Assembly: GCA_046582655.1 (NCBI GenBank)
Contig: JAYGDX010000141.1
Span: 1-64,000, forward strand
Direction: 5' to 3'
Source of the DNA: Candidatus Poribacteria bacterium
GTDB lineage: Bacteria; Poribacteria; WGA-4E; UBA9662
DNA: 64,000 nucleotides
A model generated the notes under the pieces. The model had not been told where the DNA came from and searched no databases. It worked only from the letters and a program-made list of their open reading frames with translations. Below are positions 58,203 through 64,000 of this stretch, one piece after another; position 1 is the stretch's first letter, and each line of letters starts with the position of its first letter. The translations under genes and the position numbers were made by a program.

Positions 58203-59228
58203 CTATTCCTTGGAAGTGGCTAATGTCTTGCGCGGATCAAAGGCGTCACGTACAGCTTCACCGATGAATATCAGCAAGATCAGCATGATAGCTAATGTTA
58301 TGAAACTGGTCAAACCAAGCCACGGTGCATGAAGATTGTTCCTTCCCTGCGTAATCATTTCACCTAGAGAAGCAGAGCCAGGCGGCAACCCAAACCCAAG
58401 AAAATCAAGACCTGTTAACAGAGTAATTGCACCACCGAGGTTAAAAGGTAAAAAAGTGATGGTTGCCACCATGGCATTTGGCAGGATATGCTTATACATA
58501 ATGACTACGTTTGAAACACCAAGCCCTCTGGCGGCACGTACAAAATCGAAGTTTCTGGCACGCAGAAATTCTGCCCGTACCACGCCAACATACCCCATCC
58601 AGTTGAAGAGCAGTAAAATGCCAAGCAACCACCAAAAACTGGGCTGTACAACGCTCGCAAAAATAATCAGCAGATATAATCTTGGCATCGACTGCCATAT
58701 TTCCATAAAGCGCTGAAACAGAAGATCAATCCAGCCACCAAAGAAACCTTGAACAGCCCCGGCAGAAACGCCGATGATACTTGAAAATAGCGTCAGGATA
58801 AGCCCAAACAAGAGCGAGATGCGAAAGCCATAGATCAATCTGGCTAAAACATCTCGACTTTGATCGTCCGTTCCTAACCAATTTTTTTTCGACGGTGATG
58901 CAGGAGCGGGACGTCCAAAGACCACTGTGTCGTATGAATACGGAATCAACGGCCAAATAGCCCATCCCCTTTCTTCAATTAACTCAACAACGAAAGGATC
59001 GCCGTAATCAGCTTCTGTTGGAAACTCACCACCGAAACGGGTTTCCGGATAAGATTTTACAACTGGAAACAAAAAACTCCCATCAAAATAGATTAATATT
59101 GGCTTATCATTGGCGAGGAACTCGCTGAATATGCTAAGACTAAAAAGGATTAAAAAAATATATAATGAAATATAACCTCGCCGGTTGGCTTTAAAATTAG
59201 CAACTCTCCGACGATTGAGAGGTGACAT
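58203..59228 (-). CDS. yejE: YejE-like ABC permease
   Basis: FKANRRGY, WLGTDDQSRDVLARLIYGFRIS, GEAVRDAFDPR. Confidence 0.92.
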   Translation of the reverse strand: MSPLNRRRVANFKANRRGYISLYIFLILFSLSIFSEFLANDKPILIYFDGSFLFPVVKSYPETRFGGEFPTEADYGDPFVVELIEERGWAIWPLIPYSYDTVVFGRPAPASPSKKNWLGTDDQSRDVLARLIYGFRISLLFGLILTLFSSIIGVSAGAVQGFFGGWIDLLFQRFMEIWQSMPRLYLLIIFASVVQPSFWWLLGILLLFNWMGYVGVVRAEFLRARNFDFVRAARGLGVSNVVIMYKHILPNAMVATITFLPFNLGGAITLLTGLDFLGFGLPPGSASLGEMITQGRNNLHAPWLGLTSFITLAIMLILLIFIGEAVRDAFDPRKTLATSKE

Positions 59229-59232
59229 TATT

Positions 59233-60351
59233 TCAGACTTCCCTGGTTTCAAAATCAATTCTAGGATCAACCAGAGCGTAAGTCAGATCTCCAATAATTC
59301 CCATAATCAGTCCAAGCAGGGAAAAAAAGTACAGAGAAGCAAACATAATCGGGTAATCTCGGTTGATAGCGGCTTCGTACCCTAATAACCCTAATCCATC
59401 AAGAGAAAAAAGCACTTCGATAAAAATCGAGCCGGTAAACAGAATGCTGATGAAGGCACTTGGGAATCCGGCAATGACAATCAGCATAGCGTTACGAAAA
59501 ACATGACCATACAGTACTTGCCTTTCGCTCAAACCTTTGGCTTTAGCTGTTATCACATATTGCATTCCTATTTGGTCAATGAATGAATTTTTTGTTAGAT
59601 AGGTCAAGGTTGCAAAACCACTAATAACCATGGCCACAACAGGCAGTGTCATATGCCATAAATAGTCAAAAATTTTGTGGAATAGGCCAAACTGGTTCCA
59701 GTTTTCAGACACCAACCCGCGAATTGGAAACCAAGTGAAATACCTTCCTCCAGCAAAAACAATGATCAACAAAAGGGCAAATAGGAAACTGGGAATTGCG
59801 TACCCAACCGTAATGATACTACTGCTGACAACATCAAACCGCCCACCATCGCCAACAGCCTTGGCAATTCCCAGCGGGATAGATATTGTATAAACAAGCA
59901 GCGTTGTCCAAAGACCGAGCGAGATGGAAACCGGCATTTTATCAATCACGATGTCCATCACACGACGATCCTGAAAGAAGCTGTCTCCAAAATCAAAAGT
60001 CGCATAATCAATCATCATCTTGAAGAAACGAACATGGATCGGTTTATCCATACCGTACATTTCCTCTATCTCGGCAATCAGACTGGGGGATAAACCTCTC
60101 GCACCGCGATACTTACTGCTCAAATTGGAGGAAGCATCAAATGATTGCCGGTTCCGATTTTCCCCCATCGCCTCCCCAGTCCCCGAACTGGCGAAACGCG
60201 CCGTCGCTTCCACCGCATCTCCGGATAATTCAGCGATCATTCGCTCTACTGGCCCACCAGGCACAATTTGAATAATAAAAAAATTGATTGTCATGATGCC
60301 CAGTAAAGTTGGGACAATAAGAATTAATCGACGCAGTATATAGGCGAACAT
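59233..60351 (-). CDS. yejB: YejB-like ABC permease
   Basis: [40 protein letters not shown]. Confidence 0.92.
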   Translation of the reverse strand: MFAYILRRLILIVPTLLGIMTINFFIIQIVPGGPVERMIAELSGDAVEATARFASSGTGEAMGENRNRQSFDASSNLSSKYRGARGLSPSLIAEIEEMYGMDKPIHVRFFKMMIDYATFDFGDSFFQDRRVMDIVIDKMPVSISLGLWTTLLVYTISIPLGIAKAVGDGGRFDVVSSSIITVGYAIPSFLFALLLIIVFAGGRYFTWFPIRGLVSENWNQFGLFHKIFDYLWHMTLPVVAMVISGFATLTYLTKNSFIDQIGMQYVITAKAKGLSERQVLYGHVFRNAMLIVIAGFPSAFISILFTGSIFIEVLFSLDGLGLLGYEAAINRDYPIMFASLYFFSLLGLIMGIIGDLTYALVDPRIDFETREV

Positions 60352-60456
60352 GATTATTTTGAGGGAAATAGATATTTTTGCATTCAGATAACAACTAAAT
60401 TGCAGAACTAAGATGAGATAAGGAGTATATATCCTGCCAGAAAAGAAACAGATACT

Positions 60457-60512
60457 CGCAGTTAAAAGACCGCAGGATTGTGGGAAAATGAACTGCGCAC
60501 ATTCCTACGGTC
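60457..60512 (-). other. Structured intergenic element (long hairpin plus loop pairing, H-type pseudoknot topology)
   Basis: GACCGUAGGAAUGUG/CACAAUCCUGCGGUC stem; loop CGCAGUU is complementary to downstream AACUGCG. Confidence 0.55.
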
Positions 60513-60562
60513 AATCCCAGATTCTTTCTCAGAAATTTCGGTTTCGGGCGGCCAGAAACCAA

Positions 60563-61582
60563 CTAATCCAATCGAACCTCCATCTCTCGTTTCTCCTCCC
60601 ACGATCGGACAATAGCATCAACGACCCGTAAAGCCTGAAGACCATCCCGTCCATCTGGTTTGGGAGACCTGCCAGCTAACAGGTCCCTGACAAAGGCAGC
60701 CATCCGAGGGGCAAAAGTACCATCAAAAGCCAATTGTTCCATACGGAAAATAGAAGGTCGGTATTCTTCTACAACCTGATTGTCACGCCTCATCAGAGTC
60801 GCCCGGCTGATCACATTATCTACCACTATTTCACCACCATCCCCGCATATTTCCACCCGTTCAATTGGGTTAATGAAATCACTGTCCCAACTTGCCAATA
60901 GTGAGGCCACAGCCTGATCGGCATATCGAAGTGATATTGCCATACTGGTCCAGCACGGCGTATCCCCGGCCTTGACACTGTCATAACGAGGTCTTGCCAT
61001 TTGCACGCTGACAGCAACAATTTCACCTCCAAACCAACGGAGAAGATCAACAGCATGGGTTTCCAGTTCATACAGGAGGTAATATTCACCTTTCCAGGAG
61101 GAAGCTGGGCCACCTTGTGACAGTTTCATATCGACATAAGCCAACTTGCCACACTCTCCAGCATCGAACCACTCCCGTGCCTTGACATAACCGGGAGCAA
61201 AACGGCGATTATAATCGATAGCCAGTTCAACCCCCATTTCTTCAGCTTTGGCTACCATGGCCTCAGCTTCGTCAATTGACAGGGAAAGCGGTTTCTCGCA
61301 TTGGACATGCTTACCCGCTTCCAAGCATTCCATTACAGGCTCAAAGTGCAAATGATCCGCTGTGACAACATCCACAGCCTGACATTCTTCGTTAGCCAGC
61401 ATCTCTTTGATTGACGAATACCAGTTGGAAATCCCAAGTTCCTGCGCGCGAGCTTCGGCTTTGGCTTCATCCATATCGCAGACAGCTACCAGATCTGCTT
61501 CTGGACATTGCATATAACCTTGCTGATGCCGGAAACCAATACCTCCACATCCAACAGCAGCAATCTTTAATCTTTCTGACAT
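60563..61582 (-). CDS. Gfo/Idh/MocA oxidoreductase
   Basis: VGCGGIG, QCEKPLS, IDYNRRF, ELETHAVD. Confidence 0.93.
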   Translation of the reverse strand: MSERLKIAAVGCGGIGFRHQQGYMQCPEADLVAVCDMDEAKAEARAQELGISNWYSSIKEMLANEECQAVDVVTADHLHFEPVMECLEAGKHVQCEKPLSLSIDEAEAMVAKAEEMGVELAIDYNRRFAPGYVKAREWFDAGECGKLAYVDMKLSQGGPASSWKGEYYLLYELETHAVDLLRWFGGEIVAVSVQMARPRYDSVKAGDTPCWTSMAISLRYADQAVASLLASWDSDFINPIERVEICGDGGEIVVDNVISRATLMRRDNQVVEEYRPSIFRMEQLAFDGTFAPRMAAFVRDLLAGRSPKPDGRDGLQALRVVDAIVRSWEEKREMEVRLD

Positions 61583-61631
61583 CTTAAATCCTTAATCACT
61601 CTTTCAATTTCTATATCAAGTGTTGTCAAAC

Positions 61632-61685
61632 AATAATCTTTTTCAACCAGATTATTTTCTCAATATCATTTTGATAGTTATCAAA
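61632..61685. promoter_or_regulatory. Two inverted repeats in a divergent promoter region (possible operators)
   Basis: AATAATCT-N9-AGATTATT (61632-61656) and TTTGATA-GT-TATCAAA (61670-61685). Confidence 0.35.
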
Positions 61686-61874
61686 TAATTTTTCTATAAT
61701 TTAAATCTATCACAATTCACCACATTATATCACAAACTGAGCCTTGCCCTTTAACCCCATTATTTTCGCAGACAGATCTAAATTAAGTACATAACCATTT
61801 TTAGTGCAAATTGCAGAAAACTGATATTCATGTTAGGATAATCTTCGCAAACTTAAGATTATTAGAGGTATCGA

Positions 61875-62765
61875 ATGCCTATCAATCCTTTTAAAATTTC
61901 CGGCCAATGGTATCGTGGGAATACCCATAGTCACAGCACAGAATCGGATGGGAGACTGCCGATTGCTGACCGTTTCACCGCCTACCAACAGGCTGGCTAT
62001 GATTTTCTGGTAATTACCGATCATCGGACGGTTAGCGAGGTTTCTGCCTATAGCACTGAAGATTTTTTAGCCATATCCGGAAGTGAGGTTCACCCCGAAA
62101 ACACCTATGGCGGCAGCACTTATCATATTGTGGCCATTAATATCCACCAAAAAATTGATTGTGCAAAACTCCATCCAAATGAGGTTTTGGAAGAGATTAA
62201 ACAACAGGGTGGAGAAGCTGTACTTTGTCACCCATACTGGTGTGGACACACGCTTCTAGACTATCAGCCTCTAACCAATTATTTCGCTGTTGAAGTATAC
62301 AATGATACCTGTACGGGAATTGGAAAAGGATTTTCTGAAGAGGCTTGGGATAACATGCTCGACCGAATTGGTCCAGTACACGGTATTGCGGCAGACGACG
62401 CCCATGGCACTGAACACGACTGTTTTCACGCGTGGGTGGTGCTAAAGGCCACGGAACTCACCACCGATGCCATCATGGATGCTTTTCGTACCGGATCTTT
62501 TTATTCCACGCTGGGGCCTGAAATTGTTGACTTAGACTTGATCGAGGGAAATGAACATTCGAAAAAGACGATCACCCTAGAGTGTTCCCCTGTACAATCT
62601 GTTGTTTTTAAAGGCCAACAAAGCCGAGGAAAATCTGTTGTTGCCCCTGAAGGCGAATACATAACTCAGGCGGAATACGATGTCCCAAGCGGTACCAGTT
62701 ACGTACGCGTGGAAATAACGGACGATCACGGCAAAAAGGCGTGGTCTAATCCATTCTACTTTTAG
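61875..62765 (+). CDS. PHP-domain metallohydrolase (CehA/McbA-like)
   Basis: GNTHSHSTESDG, ITDH, CHPYW, ADDAH, AWSNPF. Confidence 0.88.
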   Translation: MPINPFKISGQWYRGNTHSHSTESDGRLPIADRFTAYQQAGYDFLVITDHRTVSEVSAYSTEDFLAISGSEVHPENTYGGSTYHIVAINIHQKIDCAKLHPNEVLEEIKQQGGEAVLCHPYWCGHTLLDYQPLTNYFAVEVYNDTCTGIGKGFSEEAWDNMLDRIGPVHGIAADDAHGTEHDCFHAWVVLKATELTTDAIMDAFRTGSFYSTLGPEIVDLDLIEGNEHSKKTITLECSPVQSVVFKGQQSRGKSVVAPEGEYITQAEYDVPSGTSYVRVEITDDHGKKAWSNPFYF

Positions 62766-62780
62766 TACTTTTGAATATTC

Positions 62781-64000
62781 CTACTGTGCTAGGATTCTTC
62801 TTATTTCTTGTAACCCTTCTAAATACAACTGATTTTTTGGATCAATTTGTAAGGCCTTTAAAAGACTTTTCTCAGCCTCTACGTATCGACCGGTATTATA
62901 GTATATCCAAGCCAATTGATTGAGATAGACACTCGAGCTTGGCGCAAGTCGTATAGCAGTTTGCGCTAGTGAAATTGCAATATCCAAATGAATTTGGTTA
63001 TCAATATATAATTGTACAAGTTTTCCGTACGTCTTTGGGGCTTTGGGTTGCAAACGAATAACCTTTTGATACTCTTCAGCAGCTGCTTCTAATTTCTTCT
63101 GCTTAACCAAGATAGCGGCCAAAACCATGCGAGCTTGTACTAGATCCGGCTTTAAAGAAACCGCCTTCTGACAGGCAATAACAGCATCTGTAAGTTTCTG
63201 TTGTTTCGCGTAGACGATACCTAGATTAATCCATACTTGAGGAAGATTGGGCTTTAATTGACCTGCACGTTGATAATATTTTTCTGCACTAGCGAGATCC
63301 TGTTGGTGTAGCGCTATTTGTCCTAAGCCGGCGTGAGCTTCTGCCAGTTCAGGTCTCAGATCTAACGCCTTATAATAAATCCTTTGTCCTTCTTGGTATT
63401 CTTTCTGTTGTGTATAAACAGCACCCAATCCAACGTAAGCTTCGACGCAAGCTGCGTCTCTTTGTAGCGCGCGATCATAAGTCTGTCGTGCTTGTTTCGA
63501 TCTGTTATACTTTAGGTAGATCGCTCCCAGGTTGCATAGAGCCTCCACTTTCTTTCTTCCCACGCAATTATGTACCCTTTGTTGATATAGTTGTAGTTCA
63601 TTTTCCATTTTGCTGAGTTTTTGGAATTTCTGTAAAGCGCTGTCAGCTTCAACCTTCCTTCCCTGCTGCAAATAGACACGAGCAATGCCGTAATGCGCCT
63701 CGCTCAACATAGGCTGAATCTCTATAGCCCGTTGGAAGTGAGTAATTGCCTTCGTCCAATTTCCCTTCTTAGCGAGAAGTGTTGCCTGTTGTTGGTGTGC
63801 TTCTGCCCATGAAGGCGAATTTACTATTGCCCTGTTTGAATGTTCCAGAGCAGCTTCAACATCTCCCTGTTTCTCATAGATAAGGGATAGATGATACCAT
63901 GCGTCTGGTATATCGGGATTCAAGTCTAAAGCTTTTTTCAATCGGGTTACAGCATCTGTTAATCGATCTAACCGTTCATGTACCAGCCCTTGTCCAATAT
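62781..64000 (-). CDS. Tetratricopeptide repeat protein, partial (runs off window end)
   Basis: About 10 TPRs (A...LG..Y...G....A...Y.KAL.L.P); the frame stays open from 63941 to the window edge. Confidence 0.92.
   Translation of the reverse strand, partial: IGQGLVHERLDRLTDAVTRLKKALDLNPDIPDAWYHLSLIYEKQGDVEAALEHSNRAIVNSPSWAEAHQQQATLLAKKGNWTKAITHFQRAIEIQPMLSEAHYGIARVYLQQGRKVEADSALQKFQKLSKMENELQLYQQRVHNCVGRKKVEALCNLGAIYLKYNRSKQARQTYDRALQRDAACVEAYVGLGAVYTQQKEYQEGQRIYYKALDLRPELAEAHAGLGQIALHQQDLASAEKYYQRAGQLKPNLPQVWINLGIVYAKQQKLTDAVIACQKAVSLKPDLVQARMVLAAILVKQKKLEAAAEEYQKVIRLQPKAPKTYGKLVQLYIDNQIHLDIAISLAQTAIRLAPSSSVYLNQLAWIYYNTGRYVEAEKSLLKALQIDPKNQLYLEGLQEIRRILAQ

Noticed and set aside
261..63616. 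Numerous 60-150 aa ORFs antisense to or nested in long genes
   Set aside because: Shadow ORFs of well-supported genes, with no motifs or RBS.

Overview
Bacterial chromosomal segment of moderate-low GC, with no rRNA, tRNA, CRISPR array, phage or intact IS seen. It holds a few housekeeping genes (rnhC-type RNase H, trpF, tmk-holB, rtcB, a Yej-type ABC transporter). These sit in a large catabolic repertoire: six phytanoyl-CoA-dioxygenase-fold (PhyH) Fe(II)/2OG enzymes, six Gfo/Idh/MocA oxidoreductases, three sulfatase-fold enzymes, two xylose-isomerase-like TIM barrels, and DUF1080, CBM9-like, beta-helix, PD40, TPR and HEAT proteins. This profile suggests Candidatus Poribacteria or a similar marine PVC/FCB-associated lineage (inference only). 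Two gene graveyards (about 4.8-7.0 kb and 42.8-46.9 kb) hold TIR, WD40, SdpI, class III cyclase, DUF4434-like, GNAT and sulfatase remnants. Most interesting observations: (1) three PhyH-fold domains with the iron-binding Asp replaced by Gly/Ser, the radical-halogenase signature, including a tandem protein with a dead N-terminal domain and an HxG/HxD gene pair; (2) an FmdB zinc-ribbon gene ending in TGA followed by a SECIS-like hairpin (possible selenoprotein); (3) a sulfatase-fold enzyme with Thr at the formylglycine position; (4) a pseudoknot-capable intergenic element upstream of the Yej operon; (5) a candidate 3-keto-glycoside (oxidation/elimination) pathway; (6) an RNase HIII lacking its N-terminal domain, a stand-alone LarE C-terminal domain and a MAT2B-like SDR. 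All assignments are from motif recognition by eye; no searches were run.
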